Assembly: GCA_051294375.1 (NCBI GenBank)
Contig: CM119266.1
Location: 14,001,614-14,065,613 of the forward strand
From: Paraspadella gotoi
Lineage: Eukaryota; Animalia; Chaetognatha
Reading direction: 5' to 3'
DNA: 64,000 bases
How positions within the stretch are numbered: position 1 is the stretch's first letter; each line of letters opens with the position of its first letter. The notes below the pieces were generated by a model, which searched no databases, was not told the DNA's origin, and saw only the letters and a program-made list of their open reading frames with translations. Below, piece after piece: positions 39,071-53,650 of the stretch. Made by a program: the position numbers and the translations under genes.

Positions 39071-41799
39071 AAGAAGAGAGAATAGAGAGAAAAAAGATTG
39101 TTCTTTTTTTTTAGGAAGAAACCAGACCGAGGTCAAATTTAATATTTGCATATTTAATTAATTATTATAAATAGTTATCACAACTCAAATAATTATTATT
39201 TAAAAAAAAAGTTAAAAATGATTAAATATTATACACTAAAAATATTTATAAATTTAATAAATAGTACAAATTATCAGAATAACAAAAAAGAGTAATGTTT
39301 AAATTTGACTATATCTCTCTTATCAACTCCTATTTTAGATATAATTTGCCCAATAGCTTGGGCCAACCGGTCAAAAGTTGCAATAATAAATAAAAAACAA
39401 ATTTTTTTTTTTTATAATGTGATGCATGGCAATTATAATTATTCGGCGAAAGTGCTGCATATATAATAGGTCACATTAGCTGATTTATATGTGATAATGC
39501 AATATCATTATAAGTTATTCTTCATTTTTTTAAAAAAATAATAAGAGAAGAGAGAGCAGAAAAAGGAAAAAGAAAAAAAACGAATTTCTTTCCAATTATA
39601 TCTCAGATATAAATTTGGGATTTTGTATTGAAAAAAAAAAAAGCGGCGGAATAAATGGCGATAATAAAATTTTTGAGAAGGAAAAAAATAATCAAAAATT
39701 TTTCAAAAACACGAACGCATCGAACAGAGTGAGAGGGTTCAGGAAAAAGCAGCAACTGAACAAAATTATAGGAAAGAAAAATCTATATTATAATTTAAAG
39801 AAATAAAAGAAAGGCAAAATTATGTTTACAAATTGTTTACAAATTGGAAATTTTTCCAATTTTTTCCAATCGCAGCTTGTAAAAGATTTAATTTATATTT
39901 GATTAAAATTAAGATATAGCTTCTCATTAAAAAATCCTTTGAGTTCCCATTTTTATTAAAATATTTAAACAAATTTTTTGAATTTCATCTTCAATATTAT
40001 ATACTGCAATATGATAAATTAGATTAAAGCATTTCTATAATACTAATTTGGATATTATAAGGAGTACTTTAATCTCATTTGCATATTGCAGTAAAATCAT
40101 AATGAAGTGGAAATTCAAACAAAATATACTTAAATCCAAATGTAATATGAAAATATCACAGCCTATTTCAAGATGAAAAGCCATAATCTAAATTTTTAAC
40201 TTACTATGATCGCACACTTTTGTAAAACTTTATCATAATTCATAATAATTTTTATTTTAAAAAAAACGGTAAGTCACAGCCAACACCTATAAAAGCGTAG
40301 TAGGTTTTATATATGAAACAGCGTGAACGTGACGACGCGACGACGACGACGACGTCACAAAGAAGGCAACCCTAAAACATTATAGAGCNNNNNNNNNNNN
40401 NNNNNNNNNNNNNTGCATAAAATCGAAGACCCCGCTTTCGATAGTTAACCAGATAATTATTGGATGCGATATGATTACAATCCAAATATTTGACCGACCA
40501 GATAATGATAAACCAAGTAATTTGATTAAAATTAGTCTCTGAATGAGATAACCCAAAAGATGACTGGATGTAGACTATTATAATGCAAATTGACTTGACA
40601 TTTGCGGAGTGGGGACTTAAGTTCAATTATATGATATTATGATAATTCCACTTCATTGATCGAGTGATAGCTCACTTCATTGATGCGGAGATACGTGATT
40701 CATTGACTCGGTGCTGAATCATTTTCATCGTAAATTAAAACAAAAAATGCGGACGATCGCATTGTAATGAGTAAAGGAGAGGAGGATACATGAGATGAGA
40801 GTACCGACCGACTGGAGTCCCGAGAATAAACTGCAGCCGAACGACATGAGATGACGACGCCTGGGCTCAGGCGATGAGAGAGACCTGGAAGCAGAGACGA
40901 GGAGATAGGCTGCAGGACAGTTTTCCCATGCCAAACGAAACGAAGTCATGTAATACATATTATTATATGTCTCTCTCGTTTATTTCAATAATAGAAATAA
41001 TCAGGAATTTTATAGAAAAAAATCACAACGAAGTAATCCTATCGGATGTAAATTTTGTGATTTGTACTTGAGTGAATAAAAGCGTGCGGAAAGGAAAAGA
41101 AAAAGAACGAAGAGACGATAGAGATAGAGTAGAGGATTAGAATTGAGACGAGGAGCGCCCGAAACGACCGACCGAGAGATGAGATGACGAGACGAGAGGA
41201 CGAAGAGAGAGACTCCATAGCGGAACGACAGAGAGAGACGACGAGATAAGACGGGCGGCTGACGGGAGACGTGAGGAAGACGCAGAGACGAAGGAGAGAG
41301 AGAATTTTCCCCACCAACGGAGCACGGCCTCCGCATATTAGTCACTCTTGTTTATATCGGTTATCCGTTGCCTGCCGCAACCGGCAGTCGTGAAATTGCG
41401 GTCTATTTGATTCCTGTTTTTTTTATACAACGTAACGCGGTATTAGGCATGGTTCCCTCGACATTGTTTACTGTTGCTCTCGACAACGACCATCCGAAAT
41501 GTAGGTTAAGTTAAGTCTGATTGCTATTTTGGGACTTTTGTATTGATGGATAAACATTACAATACAAATCTCGGCGATAATAAAAGTTCTTTAGAGCAGA
41601 ATAACAATCCACGGGAAAACTCTCGGAATAATATGGCACCGATACCATAAAGAAGGTAATAGAAGGGAAAAAAAAGCACACTTTGAAATGAGCAGAACAA
41701 GATAGGTACACTGAGAACGATGAGATCTCATCTGATCCAGAGAGTGAGACTTTGCGGATGATGCAACTGACCATGTATGTGGATGCAAGATGTAGAGAG

Positions 41800-43790
41800 A
41801 AATCAAAATGAGAAGATAGAACAGAGAAAAAGAGGATTGTTCTTTTTCTTTTAGAGGTAAGAAACCAGACCGAACTGGTCAAATTTTAAATTTAATTTGC
41901 TGATTATCTTACAATAATATTATAAATAGGTTATCACAACTTCAAATAATTAATTATTTAAAAAACAAAGTTCTAAAAATGATTAAATAGTATACCACTG
42001 AAAAATATTCGTTATAAAATAATATAAAGGGTACAAATTAATCAGAATAACAAAAAAAGTTAAATGTTTAATTTGACTAATATCTCTACTTATCAACCTA
42101 CCTATTTTAGATATAATTTGCCTATGCCAATAGTGGGCCCAACCGGATCAAAAGTTGCAATAATGTAATAAGTAAAACAAACTTTTTATTTTTAAATAAT
42201 GTGAATGCATGGCAATTATGTATTATTCGCGGTCGAAAGTGCTGGCATATAGATAGGTCACATTTAGCTGAGTGTATTATATGTGATAATGCAATATCAT
42301 TATAAGTTATTCTTCTTATTTTTTAATAAAATAATAAGAAACGAGAGAGTCTAGAGATGAGACGTAAAGAAAAAGAAAAAAAACGCGCGATTTCTTTCCC
42401 AATATATCTCAGCATGATAAATTTGTGTGATCTTTGTATTGAAAAAGTAAACCGTTGCGCGTAATTAAAATGGCGATAAATAAAGAGGGTTTTTGAGAAG
42501 GGAAAAATAATAATCAAAGAATTTTTCAAAATAAGACGAACTGCAAAGAAATCGATCCTGGCCTCTTCTCGACACAAGTGCAGAGAGACCAGAAAGACAG
42601 AAAGATCTGATTGAGATATACGCACTGAACAGACCAATGGGATTATATCTAGAGATGACCGAAGATTCTTCAGATAAGAAACGATGAAAGCTGGAAGCCA
42701 TAGCTCTCTGCCACACATTCATTTCGTCAGAACCTTGAACTCGTTTCTCTAAGGGATTTCAGAAAAAGCGCCTAAAAGCAACTTTGCACAAATCTATTAC
42801 AGGATAAGAACATCTCTCTTCATAATATAATTCTATAACAGTACTAATAAAAGAACCGGTGCCTCTCAACACATAATAAAATGGTTTAATTACAATTTGT
42901 TCTGCCTTTTCATACAGATTGGAGTAAGACCAAACTCGTTTCCGGGCATCCAATATCGCGTGGACTCTTTCCAACTTCGTTTCAGTCTGTTCAAACAAAG
43001 TTTCGTTACAAAGATTTCTAGTACCATTTATCTGAACACATAATTAAAATTAAGATCTTAGTGAAAAAAACTATAAACCTCCCCACATCTAAAAACCAGA
43101 ACAAATTGACCTCTGATCTATTCCCCATGATTTTACTATTAAATAATTTGAAACACAGAGAGGTTCTCTGCATGGCTACATTTCATCTTCAAGCCCACTT
43201 CGAAATAGTCACGTCTGTGCAACATATAGTAAACTTATGGATTAAAGGCACTTGTCGGTATATAACCTAAAAATTGGATATCCGATTTATTAAGGTCGAA
43301 TAGTACGGCTACTTACTTAATACTCCACTGTTCTCATGACAATATTGCCAAGTAAATGTCATAAATTTGTAATTGCAAATGTCAAACAGAGAACTTATAC
43401 CTTTATGAATCTACCAATGCTACTATTATAAAACCTTATATCACGCAACTATTCCAAGATAGATAAAAAGCCATTAAATACATAAGAATTTATATTAAAT
43501 CTTACTAATGATCGCCACACTACCTTTTGATAAAACATTTGATCAATAATTCATCTAAATAATTTTATTTAAAAAAAACATGTTTATTAGTCAGGTCGTA
43601 TGTTAGAAGTCACAAGCCGCCCAAACCTGAGTAAAAGACGACAACACAAGTCAGATAGTTTTTTAAATATATGAACAAGAACAGAACAGACCAAACACGC
43701 TCCCGCCACGGACGACGACGACGACGACGGACGAGCGATCACACTTTTCACAAAGTAAGCAAACCCTAAAACATATAATAGAGCCTGACC
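41800..43790 (+). repeat. Noisy direct copy of about 39080-40388
   Basis: AGAAACCAGACCGA...GGTCAAATTT and CCCTAAAACAT..ATAGAGC occur in both copies. Heavy insertions. Confidence 0.85.
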
Positions 43791-46700
43791 CGGCTTCGCC
43801 GGATACAAGGCCTCTTTGGACTGGAACTCAAAAGACGCTAAACAACATTTCTCACCGATAATGCATGGAAATGCTTAAGAAGTATACGCCTTTTTGAATT
43901 GGTTATGTTAAATGTGATGTAGCCGTTAATTCTGTTAACTATCGTTTAATTGTCTAATGCAAGATGATTTCCTTGAGAAAGGTAAGGGAGAATCGGTGTT
44001 GGTCCAGAAGAATTGAGCCTACTTGTTTTAGCTCTAAGCGCGGCTGAAGATTTTACCCACAATCAACTCTTACTTTTATTATTTCAGGTTTTTCTCTTCT
44101 TCTCCCTTTTTTGGGCTCGTCTCTAAACATTATGGATTATTTCATATGCAAATATTATCTCCACACTTGGTTTCCGCATCAGTCCACTTCTGAACCGTGT
44201 TTAAATTTTGCGACCTTATTCTACCTCCCGTTGTAATCTCTTATTGCGTTTTATGGTAAGAGGAAGTAGAGACGAATAGAATGCTGAGCCTCCAGTTTTC
44301 TGATGATGAAGGAATTGCTGAAATAGGTCTTCCTATGGGAGTCCAATCGTCACCTCGGAGGTGAAGAGCAAAGAGAGAGAGATGAGACATTTATTGAATA
44401 TTATTCTGATTATTTAACTATTGATGAGAATATGAATGAGGTATTATGAGAAGACAGTTATATATTAAGAAAGGAATATATAGTTATACGCCACGTAGTA
44501 TTAAAAGAGGGATAAAGAAGATATATGTTATCACTTTTCTCGAGGGATTAGGCCCCGACCCCAGTATTCGGAGAGAAATGACGTGACGCCGGAAACGGGA
44601 CGAGAAAGCCGTTCCGAGTTCAAACGGCCGCAATTCTGCAGAGATGGGAGAGAGAGCAAGAGGCTCTCCTCGCTTGATGTGCAAAGGCGGACAAACGAGG
44701 GATGACCACCCTACGGCGACCGAATACAAACTCGTAAACAATATATACACAATACCAAGCAGGTATTCGAGTTTTTCGTGCAGGAGGAAACCCGTTCCAG
44801 CATGGAGAGGGAAGAGGGTGAAAGCAATGCGGCTTCTGCGAATTTTCATAATCGACATGACCGGGAAGCGATTTTTTGGTGCTCTACGTCGATTCTCATT
44901 CTGCTCCTCCTTCTTCTTCCCATCTACTTTCTCTCATACCTCTGGCATACGGCCGGAATCGTGCTCGTCCTCTTTCGTAAGGTCTTTCTCTCTTTCTGCG
45001 TCTCTCTCTCTCTCTGTTTCACCTTTACTCTCGGGACGGTTGCAAACACGGAGCAGTCTCAATCAATATTTCTTGCCGTCGCAGGGGAAGCATGTAATTT
45101 CTTAACGTCATGTTTGTCGTTTGGGTGAACTGAATGAGAGAATAGAGATGATGATAATCGAAAAAGCCGTTCTCTCTCTTTGGGAGCAGGAAAAATTTAC
45201 TTTAAGAGGACGGGATAGAAGTAGATGGAAAGAAAATGAGATAGAGATTTGTCTAGAGTTTTGAAGCTGACCCAGCGATGAGGACATGATAACCGCGTCC
45301 CGAAAATCATTAATGACTTCTTTAAGGAGTAAGGCAAAAAGAGTAGCTTCGGGCTCACAGGCGCGAGATCATTATATCCCGCGAAGATACTATTATTTCA
45401 AAGGGAGAGAAGCAGTTAAGAATTCGCCTATAGCAGAAGAGGACCTTCGGAGCGAGATCCTATGAAGATCAGAGAGACTTTCTGCACAAAAGGGCTTTTT
45501 ACTGCGGGCTAAACGACTATTAGACCTCGGAAAAGACACCGAACAGTGACTTAGTATGAGAATGAAGTGACCAAGAAGAGCAGAGAGAGAGAAGAGAAAA
45601 CGAGATGAGATGATTTTTGAGTATGCGAGAAGAGACAGAGAGAGATTTTTTCCCCCTGTTTCTCGTCTCGCTGCTTGTGTCAATGCACTTTTTTTCCACA
45701 CGCCTAAATGTGGGACGGTGACAGTCAAGCGGATTAACAAGTCGTTTGTGTCCTTCTGCGAGGCTTCTAGTGAGAGTGAAATTAACTCACGTGGGTTTTT
45801 AAGCGTTGAGCTAGGAGAGCCTGAGCATTTCACTGCTTTGCGTATGCGGTGTGCGAGATTGGAGCTATTATTGGTAGTTTTTCATTTTGCAGATCTCGGA
45901 AAAAAAATGGTTTTTTTAGTAACTTGTAAATTATCTTAAATGTGAGGGTTATTGGCTAACCACCTTCTTGATTTTTTTAAAAAAAATGGTTTTCGAAATT
46001 TAATAATCCCAAACAGAGTTTGTTTTCATCCGCCCCATTTATTACAAGATTAGCGGCATAAACTTGAGTTTTCCCACCCATCCTTCCATTACGTCTCGCC
46101 ATACATTGGAGTTGGCGCGTGGTCATTAATTATATATTTCTCTCCGTGAACTCAACGTGACACCAGAGTAGAGCACGTTAAATCATTTCAAAAATTTAAA
46201 GCAAGAAATTATAAAAAACCATATTTTGTTTCCCTCAATTTTTTCTAGCGAGCTTTTTTATAAGGTCTTAGTCCTCGGTAAAGAAGCGGGAAAAAAAGAA
46301 AATAATAAATATCCTTTATACAAATAGAAGATAAACACGGGGCAAAAAAAAGAAAGTAAGGAAGAAAAAAACACAAAAAAATTTTCCCGGCGGCGACTCC
46401 TAGACTTTAATGTGAGTCATGGTTAGTTTCTTATAGCGTTCCAGTGTATATTCATATTTAAAATAAAAAATTACAAATATACATATCAAAAGAAATTTGC
46501 TAAGAAAGGCTCTAAGGAGTAGGATAAAGCTTTTTTGTTTAAAATAATTTTCTTCTATTGTTACCTGGAGACAGTTCGGCTTTTGTCTTTCTTCACTGTA
46601 AGCGTAGACGTCGATGTGAATGCCCGACTCGTTGAATAGCTAGGTTTGTTATTTTTATTTGTTGTTTTTTTGTTTTTTATTATTCTTCTTTTTTTTCATA

Positions 46701-47600
46701 GAGGAGACGCAAAATATTTTTTCTCCTTGAGCGATTCACACTGTGCCGCTTCGGGCATATTTTATCATTAACTTAGTTCCACGACTCCCCTGCATTTTTC
46801 TTAAGATTTATTTTTCTTGCCCTTACAAACAGAAATACAAATTCGTTTTTTTAATACTAAAATCTTAGGAGAGGAATGTGTACAAAAATGCTTAAAAAAT
46901 TACCTCTTCTCTCTCTCTCTTCCTCATAGACCTGCTCATCTCACTCTCTACTCTCTCTCTCTCTCTTCTCTCTCATACTCTTCCATCTCTCTCTCTCTCT
47001 CTCCCTTTTGGCTCCTTACATGATCTAAGACTAGGAATCCGAATTGTAACACATCTATGCTAGGACGGCAATGTCGCGGGTTCAAGGGGAATAAATCTCC
47101 GCGTTCGCCAACTCCCAATCCGCCCGCCCTAGACCCTGTGGCAGTTCGTGGCTGCTCTCGGTGCTGCGTCGGGGCGCCGCTACGCTGCGAACATCCACCA
47201 AACGCAACATGCTCTTATTTTTTAATTTGTATCTGCAATTGACTTTTTCAAAGATTTTTATGAATCTTTCAGTTAGCGAAATTGTAGCTGGGTTTGTCCG
47301 CATCCAGCGCGGACAGCCGAATAAGTAAAAATTTACAAAATGGTTTTGTCTAATGAACATTATTACATTTATTATTTTAATTCTTAGTAATTAAAATTAC
47401 AAATGTTTCTTATTAGTATATACCATAGACGTATATTTAGCTGACTTTTTCATTTTTACAGATATTTCTTTAGCTGACAAATTTTTGGACTGCAAACGAA
47501 AAAAATGGAACATACGTTTACTGCCGTTGGACGAAGTAAAAGTACCTCAACTCTTTCCATCTCTCTCATACTTTTCTCTCTCCCTCTCTCGTCCCCTCTC
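43790..47600 (-). repeat. Noisy inverted copy of about 32750-35228
   Basis: For example 45890-46090 is the reverse complement of 33950-34165, and 46605-46650 matches 33500-33548. Confidence 0.9.
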
Positions 47601-47699
47601 ATCTCTCTCCCTCTCTCTTCTCTCCTCTCTCTCTCCACCTCTCTCTCATCACTCTCTCTCTTCTCTCTCTCTTCTCTCCTCTCGTATCTCTCTCTTTCT

Positions 47700-48986
47700 T
47701 CTCCTCCTTCCTTCCTCCCGATGATACTATTGTCCCTGGTTTCGATATGCTATCGATCGTCATCTTCGGCAGTTCTTTGGTCCAACGCCAACGCGAGCAG
47801 ATGTCCTGCTGCGCGAAAATTATTCGCACTTGGGGTGTTGAGATATCTCATTATCTAAGGACAATCGAGGAGATATCATGAGACTAAGGGTAACCCGTTG
47901 CCGGACAAATACTATAAGAAGAAGAGTGAACTAGATTCAGAAGTGGAGAGATGAGATGAGAGCTACGATATGATTGTCACTCGATTTCGGCTTCGTGAGA
48001 GCGATAGTAAACAAACAGTTGAGATGAGAGATGAGGATTTTTTTTCATTTCCTAGGAATAAAAAATTTGTACGCAAAAATGTGTACAGAATTTTCATCAT
48101 GTAAAGTAAAAAGAAATGAAGATTCTGATTGGAGTAAGAATAATATCGAGATCTGATATCTCTGAGACTTGATGAGATGATGATTATTGACTGGATTCAC
48201 ATAAGAGAGACGAAGAAAGCTGAGCTACCGATAGTAAAGGTAGAGAAGATTGATGAGAGATGAAGAGAGAGAGAGAGAGAGTAGAGAGACGAGAGAGAAA
48301 AATAGCATTGCTCGAGATCTATTTGAAAATCTCCACAGACATAGAATTTTGAAAAGGCTGGAAACAGACAACAGCACGAAGACGAATGGCCGAAAATACG
48401 ATCGTGGCACGACAAAAACATAGACAAAAACATAAAACACAAAGCCAGAAAACAAAACGCAAAACCCAAAAAAAAAAGACGAAACAAATTAACAGATTAC
48501 AAGTACATATCATGTTTTCTGTTTTAAATTTGATGTCGTTAAATATAACGCATCGACGACGAGTTTCGTATCCGAGACACGAAAAAAACACGAGAGAGAA
48601 GATTCGCTTACGGAAATTTAATCGAGGTTAAGAAAAAACTAATTTTAAGTTTTTTTAACTTTATCGGCGGAGAATATCTCGATTAGTTTTCTGTTGAACC
48701 CCCTTTCGCATCTTACCCTCTCTGCCCCTTTTTGCTTCTGTATGTTCTGTTTTCTGAAAATACCCTCATTTCTTCTGTTTTCTTCTAATTCTTTTTTTTT
48801 CTTGCCTTTTTTACCGTCATTTTTGTTATTCATTTCTTTCTTTTTGCTATTATTTCTGTTCTATTTTCTCTTTTTCTTTCTTTCTTTTTTAGTTTTGTCT
48901 TTCTTTCGTCGGCGTTTTTAAGTTTTGTCTTCTCTTTCTCTTTTTAGTTGTGTCTTGTTTCTCTTCTCTTTCCCTTTCTTCTTTCT

Positions 48987-49024
<38 letters not shown>

Positions 49025-49862
49025 TCCTTTCTTTCTTTCTTTCTGTCCATTTTTTTTTTCTCTCCATTCCTCTCATCAATCCATTACATTTTCTCCGTCG
49101 TTCGTTGTGATTCAAAAAAAAAAACAAAAAAAAAAAAAGGATTTCAAATCGAACAAAACCACGAAGAACGATTTTTTTTTCTTTTTTTTCTCCTTTTTTA
49201 TTTCTTTTTGATTCTTTCTTACTTCATTTTCTTTCTTTCCTCTTTTTCTCATTCTCCTATTTTTCTCTTGACTTCATTTGACTTTGGACATCAAAGTTCT
49301 TCGTTTATTTTCGCCTTTCTATCTTCGTGTGCTTCTTTTCAAAACGTCTCGTCGTCGTCGTCGTCGGTCGTTCGTTCGTCATTTTCTTTTTTTTTTTTCG
49401 TCATTAACGTTTTATATTAACTTTTAATATAATCTTAAAATTAAACATTATTTTTAACATTTTATTTAATCTAGCTCTAAACTGTTTGCTCTCAGCAAAA
49501 TACTTCGTTGAAATAGTTATCATTTTAATTTTTCAGACGTCTTTGAAGTCACCACCTTTGACGAGATCATAAATCGTTATCTTTCACATAATTGTCTTCT
49601 CTGGTCTCTATCGTTTACGACTTCGTCGTCTCGTTTTCGTCGTCTGTCACTGCAATCATCATCATCATCGTCATCATCATCCTCTGATTATCAAATTTTA
49701 AACCGAATGCCAAACTCAATCGCCTTCGATTTGCTTTCGCGACGGAGATTTCGCCCTCCGTTAATCAGAGAGTCTCTCTTCGTTTCCCTTGGACGACCTC
49801 GATTAAAAGAAATTCCTCTCTCTCCTCTCTCTCTCTCTGCTCTTCTCTCTCTCTCTCTCTCG

Positions 49863-49897
<35 letters not shown>

Positions 49898-52800
49898 CTC
49901 TCCTCTCTCCGCTCGACCCTCGTCAAAGAGATCCCCCAAAAAATCCGCATCTTTTTCTTTTCCATCTCCATGGAATCTGTTCGTACTACGCACCGGTTTA
50001 GATTTTACTCCCTCTTCTCCGCCCGGTCCCCCATGACCCACTGATTGCCTCCGCGGGTATTTTTCGTGTCTTTCTGATCGAATCGGTTGCCAAAGTTTGT
50101 TTTCTTAAAAAATTTGATGAACGTGATGTTTACTCAGAACTTCAAGTATTGGAATATATCAACTTATTTTCACAATTCATAAATTTTCGACTTATCATTT
50201 CGTCTCCTTCCGCACTCACCGATCTCCATCTCTCTATTCCTTACCCCTTTTTCTTTCACCACTCCACCTCATCTCTTCCACCCCTCCCCCCCATCCCACC
50301 CATCTGGCTCCCTTGCTCCTCACCTCCGCTCAACCCGAAAAGCACTCGACTCCCACCCGAAACCAGAAAATAAAACTGCTCGAGTTTAAAACTATTAACG
50401 TCTTCGTCGTTGCCATGACTTCGCACTAAAGAATCCATGCACGGGAATCTTCTATATCTGTCGTTCGTTCGTTCGGTCGTCGTCGTCGGCGCTCGTCTAA
50501 AGTGTTCACAGGCGGCGCTCGCCTTGAGACTTACGTCATAAAAGACGGACTTAGTCATTTGGCCTTGACTCAAGGCTCACAGCTTTGCGAGTCTTCCCTC
50601 GTCCACTACGCGTCCTGACGTCATCTCGATTTGTTGTCGTTCTTGTTGTCGTCCTTCGATCTTCCTCTCCATTTTTTTGGTCGCCGTAGATCGTTGTTGT
50701 ATATCCTTGATGCTTCTATTCATTTCCCGATTGTTAATCTTCCTCTCGATAAACAATATTTTTCATTACGAATTGACTATTGTCGCTTTTTCTCTCCAGT
50801 TATGTCTCTCGTATCATCATTGTCACGGATGTACTCGCCTCCTGCCATAAAGCAGAATCAAGGAAATTTTAGTTAGATAAATGAAAACCTACTTCTGGAA
50901 GTAGATAGCGCGAAAAACTGACGTGTGTTATATACACAGCAAATACCACAAGTTGTCTCTGTTCATATACTTATTTACCGGTAGAAGAATAAGTTAATTT
51001 GTAAGAAAAAAATAATAGATCAAAGGAAATAAATACTTAAAAGTTATAACATATTAATGTCTTCTTACCGGTATTTTGCTAACTGGGCGGGTATGAATAA
51101 AAATTGTGCAAATAGAAAATAGTAGAGTTTTTGAAAGGTTAAGTTTTTTGTTAGAATTTTTGATACAAATTCTCGTTGTAGTAAAAAGACATCTAAAATA
51201 TGGCCAATTAAGAATATGTTATATAAACTGTAATTATCTTCGTTATAGTCGGACGTCCTGGAACTTCTACGATGCTATATAATCGTGAAATTATTTCGTA
51301 CATGCTGTGGTTCGTTTGGTCTGTTATACTCGTGCTCTCGCGCTCTCAACGTAGCCATCCACTCTCTCGTCTCTCTCTAATTTATTTGTTTTTGGATGAT
51401 TTTGTTTATCTTTATATAATCGCCGTTGTCGACCCGATTTCGTGTACTAGAATCAACTATATACGCGCTCAAATCATTGTTGCACTCGCGCCGGTCCGGA
51501 AGCCGGACTCGATTGAAAAATTTGATTCTATGATGACCGGAAGATGGATGAGCGAGGCGTATTAAGAGTAAAAGACTTTCGGTGGATAGTGGAGGAGTGA
51601 AGAGCATGAGGAGGAAGAGAGAATGCGACGGACTCGAGAAAGAGACAGAGAAGTAAGAAAAAGAGAGAGGAGAACGAGATGGACTAGATAGAAGCAAAGA
51701 AAGAAATGAGGAACAAGCAAGCAATGCAAGCAAGGCAAGCAAGCAAGCAGCAAGCAAGCGCAAGCACAGCAAGCAAAGTATTGAGAAAAAACAAGCATAG
51801 AACAAAAAATAAATCAGGGAAAAACGAGAGAAAACCAGACAGACATAGTGAAAGAAGAGTAGTATAGAGTTGGAGACGGAGGAAACGTTTCAGATTAAAT
51901 AAGTAATATAAAGAGAACTAGAGGACAAGAAAAAATGTGAGAGAGAAGAAGTTGCAAGTTGGCGGAAGATGAGGAGAAATAAAATGACATAGAACACGGG
52001 AAATAAGAAAGAATTACGAGGAAGAAATTTAATGGAAAAGTCGGAACGAACGTCTTTATCGCGTTGCTAGGGAACTTTTAAAGATACAGATGCAACGAGT
52101 CTCAAAAGGTTGACGACAGAAATATCTTACGAGTAGGAGAGCTAGAAACAAAAAAGAGGGGTAGGAGAGAGAGAGGAGATGAACTAGAGACGAGAGAGAG
52201 AGAGAGAGGAGATGAGAAGAGAGACGAGCGAATTGAGATGGAGCAGAGAGACAGAGAATAAGAGGAAGAGAAGAGAGACGGGAAGAGAGAGAGAGAGAGA
52301 GTAGTTGACCGACGGAAGATGAAGGGAGGATGGACAAGCGGAAAATTACTTTTTTCCACAGCGGGCATTCTGTTTTGAAACCTTAGTTGACCAAAATACT
52401 TTGCACCCGCCATGACTTAGAGAGAAACCAATGCAAGGTTGTTTGCTTTTCTAAAAGATATGCGTTCTCTAACTGTATTTATGATAAATTTATTTATTAT
52501 TGATTATCCATGGTGTAAATTAAAAATGTTTTTGCATATTTGTCATTAGAGCGAAAAGTCAATTGGCAAGATTTATCGCGCCAAAGTCTTCTGCATTTTG
52601 TTTCAGTTGCACTAATTTCTATAATTTCGAAATTTACACAAGTGGAAAGAGAGTGAATTCGTGAAGTAAAGAGAAGCTTTTAGTTGTGTCACGATCGGTC
52701 GGGGATAGAAGAATTAAGTTTTCATAAAAAAAAAACTAATATGCAGTATTACTTTGGTGAGAAGAAAATCGATTGAATAGTCAAAAACATTTTGAGTAAT

Positions 52801-53650
52801 AAATCAGTGATTAATCGATTTTTGAGTGACACAAGATGCATGTTCCCTCGACAAGGATCTTGACCGACATTCATCGGAACCCCTCCCGCTCGCTCAATCC
52901 GTCCGCCTGTCAAGAATTTCGCGAAGAAGTCAGAGAGACAGAAAGACACACGAGCCGACTTTTCTGTTCAAAGTGTTAAAGTTATTCTAAACGTGAAAGG
53001 CAGTGATCGTGAATCGTGATATCCGGCTTCAGCGAATTCGGCATTTAAGCATCCTGCTCTGTAGACGCTGTGCGTGCAGTGCTCGTCTCGTCGAGGACGA
53101 AACCACATTTGAATGACTTGCGGGCAAGACGGCAAAAAGATTGCCTTGTTGGCGCGAACAAGTGCCAGATAGAGAGAGCGAGAGGCGATGAGGAAAAAGA
53201 ATAGATTCCTTGGTTGAGGCGACGTGCGCGCATCGCACCTCGACCGAATGTCGAAGAGGAAGATCCAGGAGAGATCGAAAGCCGGCCAAAACACCCATCA
53301 GTCCTCCGTGGATATTGTACCACCGTCTCCCTTCCCGACGCTCGTCTAACGAACTTCCTCGGAAATCCGAATCTGTCCATAACTCTGTCTACGTCGGACT
53401 ATTGCCATATCCGGGCGACCGGACGAAGCTCCCGCCCGAAGAACCGTCAGCGGGTTAGTGACGGACGAGCGGAGAAGCCAGAGGTGAATGAAGATACGCA
53501 CGAGAAGATAATTAAGAGACCAGCACGCGACCGTCGTTCCAGAGGATCCCGTGACCCAACTGGTCCGCCGCCAGGTCACTCGCCGGGGGGCGAGGGGATG
53601 CGGAGCGTACGATCACGAAGATCGGGCATGATGTCTATTCGCTCTACCTC
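47700..53650 (-). repeat. Noisy inverted copy of about 19500-23850, ending in a badly degraded copy of sulfotransferase exon 3
   Basis: Same order as 24000-28600. CAAGGATCTT...TTCATCGGAACCCCTCCCGC at about 52850 corresponds to the sulfotransferase stop region. Confidence 0.88.

Noticed and set aside
42550-43400. Apparent insertion relative to 39700-40150
   Set aside because: Residual colinear words suggest a low-quality stretch of the same read rather than a mobile element; no TIR, TSD or ORF.
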